Positions 1-9,439 of a stretch of DNA of 64,000 nucleotides are shown one piece after another. The notes beneath the pieces are model-generated. The model was not told the origin of the DNA. It worked only from the letters and a program-made list of their open reading frames with translations, and did not search any database. Made by a program: the position numbers and the translations under genes. The stretch lies in contig JBBIGR010000004.1 in the NCBI GenBank assembly GCA_037447435.1, positions 96,001-160,000 of the forward strand, read 5' to 3'. How positions within the stretch are numbered: the stretch's first letter is position 1; each line of letters opens with the position of its first letter. This DNA is from Fibrobacteria bacterium. GTDB taxonomy: Bacteria; Fibrobacterota; Chitinivibrionia; Chitinivibrionales; FEN-1185.

Positions 1-1688
1 TTTTCCAAAACCCCTACTTTTTCCTCGCAAAACTTATTGACCTTTGCGCGCGTCACTCGTTCGATGGTGGAATACAACGAATCTTCGAGATCGCGTACCA
101 CGGATTCCTTGAGCGGCAGCATAGCCGCCGTATTCAGGTAATTTTGGTCAGCATGCAATTTCTTAAGCGCGTTTTCGGCCGATTGCCACGACGTTGCGGC
201 AAGAGCGGTTTTCACGTTTTTCGCCTGTTGATCCAAAGACATTTTGTCAAGGTCTTTATACTTGTCCAACACAAAGGTCAAATGCTTGCTCGACAATAAA
301 AGCGACAACATGCCGCCGAAATCGTTTTGGGTTTTGAGGATATTGAGCTGCTGGACCAGTACTTCGGCCTGACGGCTTTCGGCAAGATGCTGCGTCGCAT
401 CGGTCGACAATTTCGCCAGTTCCGCGTTTAAGGCCTGGGAACATTTATACGTCGCATATTTGCCGTATTGGTCGTCTATTTTTTGCGGAACGGCATTTTG
501 TAAATTAGTCAATCCGGCAACGACTCCTTTGAAAAAATCGTCCGCGGGAAATTGCGGCCCGTTCTTTACCGCAGATCCGATTTTGGCAAGCGTATCCCGA
601 AGTGCGGCAAGCGTGCGGCTCTTGGCGTCGAAATCGGCGATGAATTTCATCATGAGCGTGAAATCCTGTCCCACGGGAATGTCGGCTTTTTCCAAAAGGG
701 TCTTGATTTTAGGCATGCTCGCGGTAAAATAGGTCGCCGGATCAAAAACGCCGGCATCTTCCTTGCCCGACATTTTCATGCTCAAGAAGGGCATGACTTC
801 ATCGAGCCTGTTCTTGAGCAGTCTTTGACTTTCAAGAACAACATTGGGAGCCTGTACGCTTTTTTTGTCGAAATACCCGGTAAAGTCGTCCAGGCGCGCC
901 ATAAAATCGGCAGGAGTTCCGCGGCACGATTGTTCTTTATTGAAAAAGTCGAGGGCCAGCAGATATGCTTTCTGGAAATTCATTTCGTCTTCCAGTTTTG
1001 CGCGTAACGCTTTATAATTCCGATACGCCTCGTCCGTGGAATTTACAATGCTTTTGGGGAATATGCTTTCGATCGCAAGCAACTCCTTGTACACCGCCTC
1101 AAGTGCGGCTTCGTGTTTTTTTACCGTATCGATCGCCGTCGAAAAGATAAATCCGTCGAGCCTTGTCGACGTTCCGATGCCTTTATATGCGCTCCTGTCA
1201 ACCACATTCTTCGAACAAATATCGCGGTATTCGGCGTGTTTTGTTTCAAACTTGAACCGCCATTGGGGAGCGTAGCGGTATTTCATTTTCAAAATTTGTT
1301 CCTGGGTCCCGTTTTCAAGCATCCAGTAAAACATCGGCGATTTCGTGTCGACGGGATACACGCTTACCGAATCGGGAAACGGCGTCTCGTCGGGAGATTT
1401 CGCGCCGACTGTTTTTTTATCGGCAAACGAATTGGTAAAGTAGGTCGTTATTTTCTTTTTTATGGGGAAATTCAACACGACATAGTAGTTGTCTTCTTTC
1501 GGTGCGGGAAAGGCGATGAAATACTTTTTTTCCTTTTTCAATTCGAAATCTTTTTTGTCGTTCTTGAGTTCCACAAACCCTTGTTCGGCATATGATAATT
1601 CCGGTTTTGGTTTCAGCTGCTGATACGGTGCACATCCGAACATGATAAGCGCAATACAAATGGATAGCCCCAGGCCTTTCAATTTCAT
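1..1688 (-). CDS. Large lipoprotein of unknown function, runs off the left edge (absent from ORF track)
   Basis: ATG at 1688 preceded by AAGGAG; translates MKLKGLGLSICIALIMFGCAPYQQLKPKPELSY... with lipobox MFGC; the same frame is open at the window edge (...RVTRAKVNKF...). Confidence 0.8.
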   Translation of the reverse strand, partial: MKLKGLGLSICIALIMFGCAPYQQLKPKPELSYAEQGFVELKNDKKDFELKKEKKYFIAFPAPKEDNYYVVLNFPIKKKITTYFTNSFADKKTVGAKSPDETPFPDSVSVYPVDTKSPMFYWMLENGTQEQILKMKYRYAPQWRFKFETKHAEYRDICSKNVVDRSAYKGIGTSTRLDGFIFSTAIDTVKKHEAALEAVYKELLAIESIFPKSIVNSTDEAYRNYKALRAKLEDEMNFQKAYLLALDFFNKEQSCRGTPADFMARLDDFTGYFDKKSVQAPNVVLESQRLLKNRLDEVMPFLSMKMSGKEDAGVFDPATYFTASMPKIKTLLEKADIPVGQDFTLMMKFIADFDAKSRTLAALRDTLAKIGSAVKNGPQFPADDFFKGVVAGLTNLQNAVPQKIDDQYGKYATYKCSQALNAELAKLSTDATQHLAESRQAEVLVQQLNILKTQNDFGGMLSLLLSSKHLTFVLDKYKDLDKMSLDQQAKNVKTALAATSWQSAENALKKLHADQNYLNTAAMLPLKESVVRDLEDSLYSTIERVTRAKVNKFCEEKVGVLE

Positions 1689-1908
1689 CTTCCGCTCCTT
1701 ATCCTAAAAGTAGAGTATCTCGAAAAAAGGGTTACTTCTTTATAATCATAATATAATGATCGCGCCGGGCCAAGGCATTTTTTCTGTCGAGGCTGACCGG
1801 TATGCTTTTTTCCAACGCAATTACATGCATTTTTTAGTAAATTACTGTTAAGTACCTTTTATTATTTGAATAGCCCTTTCATAAACCGTTTGCGAAAGAT
1901 TACTCATC

Positions 1909-3216
1909 ATGAATCATTCCCTTTCCAAAACAGCTTTATTTATCGGTATTTCCCTGAACTGCGTATTCGGCATTGAAACGATAACCGGCAGAGCAATATC
2001 GACATCGTCCGCACCGTTAACTGGCGTCAAAGTCGTATTGTCTCAATTGAAACTTGCGGATACGACCCTTGCCGACGGAATATTCGAGTTTAAAATCCCT
2101 TCCGCCGAAGCAATTGCAGTGAAGCATCTCCTCGTGCCGTCGTTTTCCATAAAAGGCAATATGCTGGATTTTACCATATCGCAATCGCAAAAGGTCACTA
2201 TCGAATTTTTCGATATTCAGGGAAAACATGCAAAATCGGTGCTCAACCGATTTCTGCAACAAGGGCAATACGGATTCAATTTGAACGATGCCGCCGCAGA
2301 TCTTTCGTCCGGCACCTATTTCGTATCGGTCACGATAGGCACGACCTCGGCCCATGCAAAATTCATGATCGCAAACCGAACGATACAAATGACGACCCCG
2401 GCGAACACAGCCACAACAAGCGATCCCATGGCCAAACGCCTGGTCGACTTTGCGCAAACCGACACCGTGGTCTGTTCGAAATCCGGATATTTTACGATCA
2501 GGAAACCGCTTGCGACATTGACAACGCAGAACCTCGGCGATATCATCGTGGATCAGGACAAAATCATGGTCGGCAATACGACTCAGGATCAATACGATAT
2601 GTTTATCGTGCAGTCCGTTGCGGCAAGCGGCATGGACTCGTCGATGGCCATGATCATTAAAGCCATGATCGTCATCGAATCGGGGTTCAACGTACAGGCG
2701 ATCAGCATGTGGGACACCCAGCTTCCCTGCGGCACGCACAGTTACGGCCTTATCCAGGTGACGCCCGGATGTGTGAGCGGTTATGCGACGCTGCCCGCGT
2801 CGACCGCGCCCACGGCAACCATCTCGGGCGGGCTTAACGGCGTGAAACCCGTATTGACTTATGCAAACAAGGCCGATTCGGCGTCCGGAAATACGATAGT
2901 CAAGGAAAGCAATTTCGTCATCGATCTGGTGAGCAATCCGGCAAATCCGCTTTACGCAACCTCGGCATTCAACCCTGCGTATTGCATCGATCACGGCGCA
3001 AAAACGGTCGCCGGCGTCATGAGCGAAATGAAAACAAAATTCAAAACCTGTACTGCGGCGAATTACGTATCTATGACATTGGCAGGCTACAATCAAGGAA
3101 GCGGAACCGTGACCGGTTGTTCGACGTATAATGTAAACGGCCAGAATTACGCAAACAGCGCATTGACGCAATACAGGACGTTTTGCAGCAAAGCGGGAAT
3201 TACCCCGCTGTATTGA
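1909..3216 (+). CDS. Secreted protein with internal T9SS-CTD/FlgD-like Ig domain and C-terminal lytic transglycosylase/GH23-like domain
   Basis: Signal peptide; IEFFDIQGK...LSSGTYFV Ig-like motif; SLT motifs IESGFN (catalytic Glu), SYGLIQV, LAGYNQG. Confidence 0.7.
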   Translation: MNHSLSKTALFIGISLNCVFGIETITGRAISTSSAPLTGVKVVLSQLKLADTTLADGIFEFKIPSAEAIAVKHLLVPSFSIKGNMLDFTISQSQKVTIEFFDIQGKHAKSVLNRFLQQGQYGFNLNDAAADLSSGTYFVSVTIGTTSAHAKFMIANRTIQMTTPANTATTSDPMAKRLVDFAQTDTVVCSKSGYFTIRKPLATLTTQNLGDIIVDQDKIMVGNTTQDQYDMFIVQSVAASGMDSSMAMIIKAMIVIESGFNVQAISMWDTQLPCGTHSYGLIQVTPGCVSGYATLPASTAPTATISGGLNGVKPVLTYANKADSASGNTIVKESNFVIDLVSNPANPLYATSAFNPAYCIDHGAKTVAGVMSEMKTKFKTCTAANYVSMTLAGYNQGSGTVTGCSTYNVNGQNYANSALTQYRTFCSKAGITPLY

Positions 3217-3228
3217 GGATTTTGACTA

Positions 3229-5025
3229 TCATTTGACCGGCAGCACGGTATCGGGTTTTACACATCTGAATCCGATCGTATTCAAACGCATCGTGGGGTT
3301 ATATGCGGCGCGCTTCGCGCTTCTCAGGCTCGAAGCCTTCTGATTCCATGCGCCGCCCCGAACGACCTTCAGTTTTCCTTCTTTGGGCCCAACGGGATCC
3401 GATTGATCGGAATTTCCGTAATACGCGGGATCGTACCAATCCAAACACCATTCCGTTACATTGCCGTGCATATCGTAAAGGTTCCATGCATTCGGTTTAT
3501 AGCTGCCGACCGGAATTGCCCGCTCTCGATTCTGCCCTATCGGCGCGCCGCCGAAAGGGAACTTTCCGTTGAAATTCGCCTGATCGCCCGACAAGGTGTT
3601 GCCATAAGAAAACTGCGTCGTCGTGCCCGCCCGCGCGGCATATTCCCATTCCGCTTCGGTCGGCAAACGCTTGGAAAGTTTGGCGCAATACTCAGAAGCG
3701 TCGTTCCAGCTCACATTATCGACCGGGCATTCGCCGCAGCCCTTTGTTGTCGACGGATTGGCACCCATGACGCGTTCATATTCATCTTTGGAAACTTCAT
3801 ATTTATCCATGTAAAAACTGTGCAAGGTGACCGTATGCTGCGGGGTCTCGTCCGGATCGCCTTCCATGTTTTTTGACCCCATGGAAAATGTACCGCCTTT
3901 TATCCAGACAAGATTTTCACGGTACGCCGGCGGTGTCGACACGTCGGGTGCATTGACGGAAGCAGTAGCGGCATTCGGCATTGCCGCGCTTGCCGGCATT
4001 TTTTCCCCTTCTTCGACTATCTTCCCGACCATAGACGGGATTTCATCCAAAATCTTGCTTATGTCGCCCGTTACCCGGACATTTTGACGATTGAGCACAT
4101 GGTTGCGCAACACGTCTATCATTTTCAAATTAAAAAGGTAATTGCTTCCGATTTGTCCTAAGCCGCCCACGATCACCGCGTCGATGCCCAGGACGTTGCC
4201 TATTCTCGAAATACAAGAATCGGTATAGCAACCCAGAAGCGATTCCTTGCCTTCCGATTGCAGCATCGCCCGAATGTCTTCGAGGAACAAAACCTTTGTC
4301 GACGATTTCTTTTCGACTTCCTGCGCTATGTAATCCGATACCCGTTCCAAATTGTCGCGTGCGACCGTGCTCGACTGAATCGACAAAATTGCCACTTTAA
4401 GTTCCTTTTTGGGCAATCCGGACTTTTTGTCTTCCGCAAGAGACGAAATGGCGATTTCGGGCCTGTTGGGATAAATAATCGCCCTCGTGCCGCTGCTCAT
4501 CAACGATTTCGACGAACTCGACTGTTGCTTGATTTTTGCGGAACCCGTAATGAGTTCTACGGTCGTCGTATCTTTTTGCACCATTATAGACGCTTCCGCG
4601 CTGTTCAGATCGATAGTCGCCGACGGTGTGGTCAGGGTCACCAGCGCGGTATAGCCGAACAACGGTTCCATCTTTATCCAGAAAATACCCTTGTCAAGAC
4701 GGATGAGCATCCTGATGTTCTTCTTTTCGCGATTGATGAGCAGTTTGTCGAAACCCACCGTCGTATTTTCCTCCAATGTCACGCCGATTGCCGGCTCCAA
4801 GGTGAGAATTAGCTGTGAATTGGCGAGGGTTTGCACGGTTTGCCCTGCTTTACATTCCTTGACTTCTTGCGGCTTCAGCCAACGGGATTGGTCCTTAGAC
4901 CACACTTGCACGGTCCCCGACGATTTGGCAATCGAGCATTTTTGTTGGACGATTTCCGATTCCGCAAAACCGAACCAATGTAATGACAGCGTCAGACAAA
5001 CGGCATAAACGGGAATTGATTTCAT
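3229..5025 (-). CDS. FecR-like N-terminal domain plus formylglycine-generating enzyme (FGE/SUMF1) family domain
   Basis: GGTFSMGS, RLPTEAEWEYAARAG, PNAWNLYDMHGNVTEW, VVRGGAW, IGFRC motifs; FecR-like beta-rich N-terminus after a signal peptide. Confidence 0.85.
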   Translation of the reverse strand: MKSIPVYAVCLTLSLHWFGFAESEIVQQKCSIAKSSGTVQVWSKDQSRWLKPQEVKECKAGQTVQTLANSQLILTLEPAIGVTLEENTTVGFDKLLINREKKNIRMLIRLDKGIFWIKMEPLFGYTALVTLTTPSATIDLNSAEASIMVQKDTTTVELITGSAKIKQQSSSSKSLMSSGTRAIIYPNRPEIAISSLAEDKKSGLPKKELKVAILSIQSSTVARDNLERVSDYIAQEVEKKSSTKVLFLEDIRAMLQSEGKESLLGCYTDSCISRIGNVLGIDAVIVGGLGQIGSNYLFNLKMIDVLRNHVLNRQNVRVTGDISKILDEIPSMVGKIVEEGEKMPASAAMPNAATASVNAPDVSTPPAYRENLVWIKGGTFSMGSKNMEGDPDETPQHTVTLHSFYMDKYEVSKDEYERVMGANPSTTKGCGECPVDNVSWNDASEYCAKLSKRLPTEAEWEYAARAGTTTQFSYGNTLSGDQANFNGKFPFGGAPIGQNRERAIPVGSYKPNAWNLYDMHGNVTEWCLDWYDPAYYGNSDQSDPVGPKEGKLKVVRGGAWNQKASSLRSAKRAAYNPTMRLNTIGFRCVKPDTVLPVK

Positions 5026-5216
5026 GTACAGTCCTTAAAAAGTATTCTGATTTTTAAACCTACCGGCAACAGAACGGGATTACGCTTTGCCTCACTTTAA
5101 AATTTAAACCCGATCTTAAAAAGAAATTATACTAAACCGACACTATAAATACAATGAAAAGGTTTTTCATTGCGTACAATTATATAATAGAAAAAATTCG
5201 GTGAGTTTGAAAGAAC

Positions 5217-6077
5217 TTACGCGCAGGATTTGCAAGGCTCGACATGAATGACAATATACGATTCCGGCAATTTCTTTTGTATTGCCGCTTCAATCTCATT
5301 GCACAAATCATGAGCCTTTCCCACAGGAGTCGAACCGTCCACATGAATATGGATGTCCAGTTCGCGTCGGTTTCCCGCTTTTCTGGTTCTTAATTTATGA
5401 AAATGGCGGATTTCCGGAAAATGGGAAATTATCTCGGTTATGATTTTAATTTCCTCGTCTGGAAGCGCTTTATCGGCCAGGTCTTCAAGTGCTTTTCTCG
5501 TTAAATCCCAGGACGCTTTTAGTATCAATCCCGCTACGGCAAACGCTATCATCGGATCCAATATCGATAATTTGGTAACACGGATAGCCACCAGTCCGAT
5601 CAAAACGCCCAGCGACGTGAACACGTCGACCGACAAATGCATGGCATCGGCTTCAAGCGCAATTGACTTTTCCCTTTTGGCAATTCGCAACAGATTGATT
5701 GAAACAATGATATTAACGATCACGCCGACGCCCATGATCGCTATACCCCAATCGAGCCGCTCGACGTGGCCCGGATGTATCACTTTCTTTACTGCCTCGA
5801 CAATTATTATTCCCGCTGCGACAAATATTAAAATCGCTTCGAAAAACCCTGAAATATTTTCAAATTTTCCGTGGCCGTACGGATGGTCCGAATCTGCGGG
5901 TTTGACTGCGGCTTTAATCGAAATATAGGCAACCAGACTTGCCAATAAATCTATTCCGGAATGGATAGCCTCGGAAACAACGGAAACCGATCCCATTACA
6001 ATGCCGCCGCCCAGTTTCAAACCTACCAGCAACGTATTTGAAATAATGGAAATAAGGGCTGCGCGTTGTTTATTCAT
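5217..6077 (-). CDS. Cation diffusion facilitator family transporter (FieF-like)
   Basis: SEAIHSGID, HPYGHGKFE, ADAMHLSVD, IHVEP motifs; start placed at MNKQ (6077) behind GAGGA. Confidence 0.92.
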   Translation of the reverse strand: MNKQRAALISIISNTLLVGLKLGGGIVMGSVSVVSEAIHSGIDLLASLVAYISIKAAVKPADSDHPYGHGKFENISGFFEAILIFVAAGIIIVEAVKKVIHPGHVERLDWGIAIMGVGVIVNIIVSINLLRIAKREKSIALEADAMHLSVDVFTSLGVLIGLVAIRVTKLSILDPMIAFAVAGLILKASWDLTRKALEDLADKALPDEEIKIITEIISHFPEIRHFHKLRTRKAGNRRELDIHIHVDGSTPVGKAHDLCNEIEAAIQKKLPESYIVIHVEPCKSCA

Positions 6078-6213
6078 TGTATCCTCAAATTGCAATTGTC
6101 CGTCGATTTTCGATTCCGGCTTTATAATATAAATTACTTTCAAACGAGATCTTTTACAAAAGGGTTCCTGTCTTTTAAGAAAACAAGGTATATTTAAAGT
6201 ACTTTCTAAAAAG

Positions 6214-6873
6214 GTGTTTGTGCTTACTAATCAAAAATCCATATCGCGTTTGTCCCGCTATCGAACAGCCCTGTTGCAGTTCAAATCCTATGGTCTGTCC
6301 TGGATATATTCCGACCAAATTGCCGCATCGCTCGGCATTACCGCAGCACAGGTACGAAAAGATTTTTCGCATTTCGGCGTTACGGGCAAGCGCAAAATCG
6401 GATATCACATCGACATTATCCTCGAGAATCTGAGCAAAATTCTGGGAAAAAATGAGAGCCAAAAAGCCGTTATCGCGGGATTCGGGCCCATGGGAAGGGC
6501 TTTTTATTCCGATTATCTCGTTAAGGACAAAGGTATAGAAATCATTGCCGCTTTCGACGATTCGAATACTTCTCCGATTGTATCCGGTAACGGTTCCGAG
6601 CTTAAAATTTTGCCCATGGCCGAAATGACCTCGGTCATTACTTCGCAATCGATTCAATTCGGCATAATTGCAATACCCGATAAAACCGCTCAACATATTC
6701 TCGATATGATGGTTTTAGCCGGAATTCGCGGAATACTGAGCCTTTCTTCCGTAGAACTCAAGGCACCATCCATTTGCTTTGTAAACTCCATCAACCTTCT
6801 TCGCGAATTCGAAAAAGTCTTGTTTTTCGGCGGAAAACAGGCGAAACGGAGCGCGCAACGTGCGCGTCTTTAG
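6214..6873 (+). CDS. rex: Redox-sensing transcriptional repressor Rex
   Basis: RLSRY, QVRKDFSHFG..GKRKIGY winged helix; GFGPMG Rossmann motif; AGIRGIL. Confidence 0.88.
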   Translation: MFVLTNQKSISRLSRYRTALLQFKSYGLSWIYSDQIAASLGITAAQVRKDFSHFGVTGKRKIGYHIDIILENLSKILGKNESQKAVIAGFGPMGRAFYSDYLVKDKGIEIIAAFDDSNTSPIVSGNGSELKILPMAEMTSVITSQSIQFGIIAIPDKTAQHILDMMVLAGIRGILSLSSVELKAPSICFVNSINLLREFEKVLFFGGKQAKRSAQRARL

Positions 6874-8707
6874 TCTTAGAGCCAAGATCCTTTTTTTCTT
6901 TCTATCCGCAATTATCGTTTTCGGCTCTCTCACCGCAGTATTCGGTTATAGAATCATCAAATCAAATGTTCTCAAACGGGCCCAAAAACAAGTCCAATAC
7001 GATATCCAAACCGCAAAGGTCGTATACAACCACGAACTCGAAAAAATAGTCATATCCTTTACCAGCATTTCAGACCCGCATTCGGCAATGCAACTAAAGC
7101 GGAAATTGGGCCTTGATTATGTATACAGCATTTCGGTGCCCGCGAACAGGCCCATAGCCAGCGAAATCGCCCGTGCGGCGCTTTCGGGAAATCCGTGCGG
7201 CGGCTCGCGGATTATAGACAGTTGCGAATTAGCCGGATTGGGCGATTCGCTCGCGGAGCGGTCGCGCATCGACATTGTGCCCGCGCCCCATTCCCCGCTT
7301 TCAGCCCGTACGACATTGACAAGCGCGCTCGCAATCGAATACGCGCAGCCGTTTTTCAATGAAAAAGGCGTTGTCACCTCTATACTCGTGGGCGGAAAAC
7401 TGTTAAACCGGTATTTTGCCATGGTAGACACGATCCGAAACACCATATACGGCGACCGGGTTTACCGCGACAAGCCGATCGGCACGGTGACCATTTTTCT
7501 AAACGATATCCGCATCGCGACGAATGTTTTGACAAACAATAACAAGCGGGCGTTGGGAACGCATGTTTCATCCCAGGTATACAACCATGTCTTTATAGAA
7601 GGGAAATCGTGGCTCGACCGGGCCTTTGTCGTCACCGACTGGTATCTCACCGCATACGAGCCGATTACCGATATCAATAAAAAGCCCATCGGCATCCTGT
7701 ATGTCGGTACGATAGAAAAACCGTTCATCGATTTGATTTTCCATACGCTTTGGCAATATTGTTTCATCGTCGGCTTGATCACCATCGTAGGAAGTATCGT
7801 CGCATTCCTGCTTGCAAATAGCATTTCAAAGCCCTTGCGACATTTTGCCGCGTCGGTTGGGAATATCGCCGCCGGCGACATGACGCATCGGGTCGACGTC
7901 GAAATGCCGGTATTGGAAATCAAGCAATTGTCCGAATCTTTCAACGAAATGATCGCAAAACTATTGCAACGGGAACGGGCTCTCACCGCCAACAACAGCG
8001 AACTGGAGATACTTAACGAACGATATCTTAATCTGGTTGGCATGGTGTCGCACGAACTCAAAGGCATTCTTGCCTCCGCAATGCTCAATGCCTGTTCGGT
8101 GCGCGACGGCTATCTCGGCGAATGTACGCCCGTGCAGAAAAAATCCCTCGACTCGGTCATCAGGAACCTCGAATACTTCGATGCGACGGTCATGAACTTC
8201 CTGAATTTAAGCAGGATTGAAAAAGGAGAACTATCATTGTCTATCCGCAACATCCTCATGCGGGAAGACATCATAGACAAATCCATCGATTCGTTTCAAA
8301 GCCAGGCTGATGCGAAAAAAATGCTCATCCGCAACCAGGTATCGCGCGATTGCATCGTCCAGGCCGATCCCTCGCTTTTACTCATCGTTGTCAACAATCT
8401 TCTGGGTAATGCGATAAAATACGGAACCTCCGCAAGTGAAATCGTGATCGATTCGCAACAAGCGCCCGACACCACAACGATTTCGGTGTTCAGCGCGGGA
8501 AGACCGATAACGGATCAGGAATCGAAAAAGCTGTTCAAACGGTTTTCACGAATAGAAACCAATGCCGAAACAAAAAAAACACGGGGAACGGGAATCGGCT
8601 TATTTTTATGCAAAACCATAATCGAAAATCACGGCGGTACCATGGGATACAAAAGCGACGATACGGGCAATTATTTTCTTTTTACCCTTAAAAACCTACG
8701 TTCGTAG
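6860..8707 (+). CDS. Cache/HAMP sensor histidine kinase
   Basis: Two TM segments, Cache-type RIATNV...RALGT, HAMP, H-box SHELKG, N-box NLLGNAIKY, G2 GTGIGL; G1 box atypical (SAGRPI). Confidence 0.9.
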   Translation: MRVFSLRAKILFFFLSAIIVFGSLTAVFGYRIIKSNVLKRAQKQVQYDIQTAKVVYNHELEKIVISFTSISDPHSAMQLKRKLGLDYVYSISVPANRPIASEIARAALSGNPCGGSRIIDSCELAGLGDSLAERSRIDIVPAPHSPLSARTTLTSALAIEYAQPFFNEKGVVTSILVGGKLLNRYFAMVDTIRNTIYGDRVYRDKPIGTVTIFLNDIRIATNVLTNNNKRALGTHVSSQVYNHVFIEGKSWLDRAFVVTDWYLTAYEPITDINKKPIGILYVGTIEKPFIDLIFHTLWQYCFIVGLITIVGSIVAFLLANSISKPLRHFAASVGNIAAGDMTHRVDVEMPVLEIKQLSESFNEMIAKLLQRERALTANNSELEILNERYLNLVGMVSHELKGILASAMLNACSVRDGYLGECTPVQKKSLDSVIRNLEYFDATVMNFLNLSRIEKGELSLSIRNILMREDIIDKSIDSFQSQADAKKMLIRNQVSRDCIVQADPSLLLIVVNNLLGNAIKYGTSASEIVIDSQQAPDTTTISVFSAGRPITDQESKKLFKRFSRIETNAETKKTRGTGIGLFLCKTIIENHGGTMGYKSDDTGNYFLFTLKNLRS

Positions 8708-8756
8708 GTATCGGGCATTTCGTACATACATTCTTTTTTTCAAAGGAATTTTTATA

Positions 8757-9158
8757 ATGAATCAAAAAATATTGGTCGTCGACGACGATGTTGATTTTCA
8801 GGATGCGACATCGACGCTTTTAACCGCAAAGGGATATGAGGTCATTACGGCAAGTAATGGCGAAGAAGGATATGCCATGGCGAAATTGCATACGCCGTCG
8901 GTCATGCTTTTGGATGTGATGATGGCCCATGATAGTGAAGGCTTTGATGTGGCCCGCAGAATCCATGAAGATCCCGCAACAAATGAAATACCCATAATCA
9001 TGATTACCGGGATACGAAAAGCAAAGTCGCTCCCCTACACTTTTGATCCTGATCCCGATTGGCTCCCCGTTACTATAGTATTGGAAAAACCGGTCAAACC
9101 GGATGTCCTGCTCTCCGCTGTTTCTAATGTTTTAAAATCCTCGTCTACAAAAAAATAA
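8757..9158 (+). CDS. Single-domain response regulator
   Basis: ILVVDDD, LLDVMM, ITG, EKPV receiver motifs. Confidence 0.92.
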   Translation: MNQKILVVDDDVDFQDATSTLLTAKGYEVITASNGEEGYAMAKLHTPSVMLLDVMMAHDSEGFDVARRIHEDPATNEIPIIMITGIRKAKSLPYTFDPDPDWLPVTIVLEKPVKPDVLLSAVSNVLKSSSTKK

Positions 9159-9197
9159 GCAATAATCGCACTCATATCGATTTTCAAAAGCAGCCTA

Positions 9198-9231
9198 ATT
9201 AGTCGGAAATGCAGGGATATTTCCGACTAAT
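9198..9231. other. 13-bp inverted repeat (terminator-like or REP-like hairpin)
   Basis: ATTAGTCGGAAAT-N8-ATTTCCGACTAAT downstream of the receiver gene; no U-tract on + strand. Confidence 0.5.
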
Positions 9232-9439
9232 CCGCTGCCGAGTTGGTAATTTTGCCATGTCCCATATTTTTATTAATTTTTTTCCCGATTTTCAACAACA
9301 TATTGCCTAAATGTTAATTAAATTCAACATGAGGAGGAAAATTCCGGACACATTTGATACGTATTTCAACATTGTTCGGGATTTTGTTCGGTACTTTGCG
9401 ATTTTTTTAGTGACCGGGTGCTTCAACGAAAGAGTTTTT

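Noticed and set aside
256..1659. Several short ORFs in the track
   Set aside because: All overlap the real minus-strand lipoprotein frame that runs off the window edge
2017..3171. 384-aa antisense ORF
   Set aside because: Shadow of the + strand secreted gene; Arg/His-rich, no motifs
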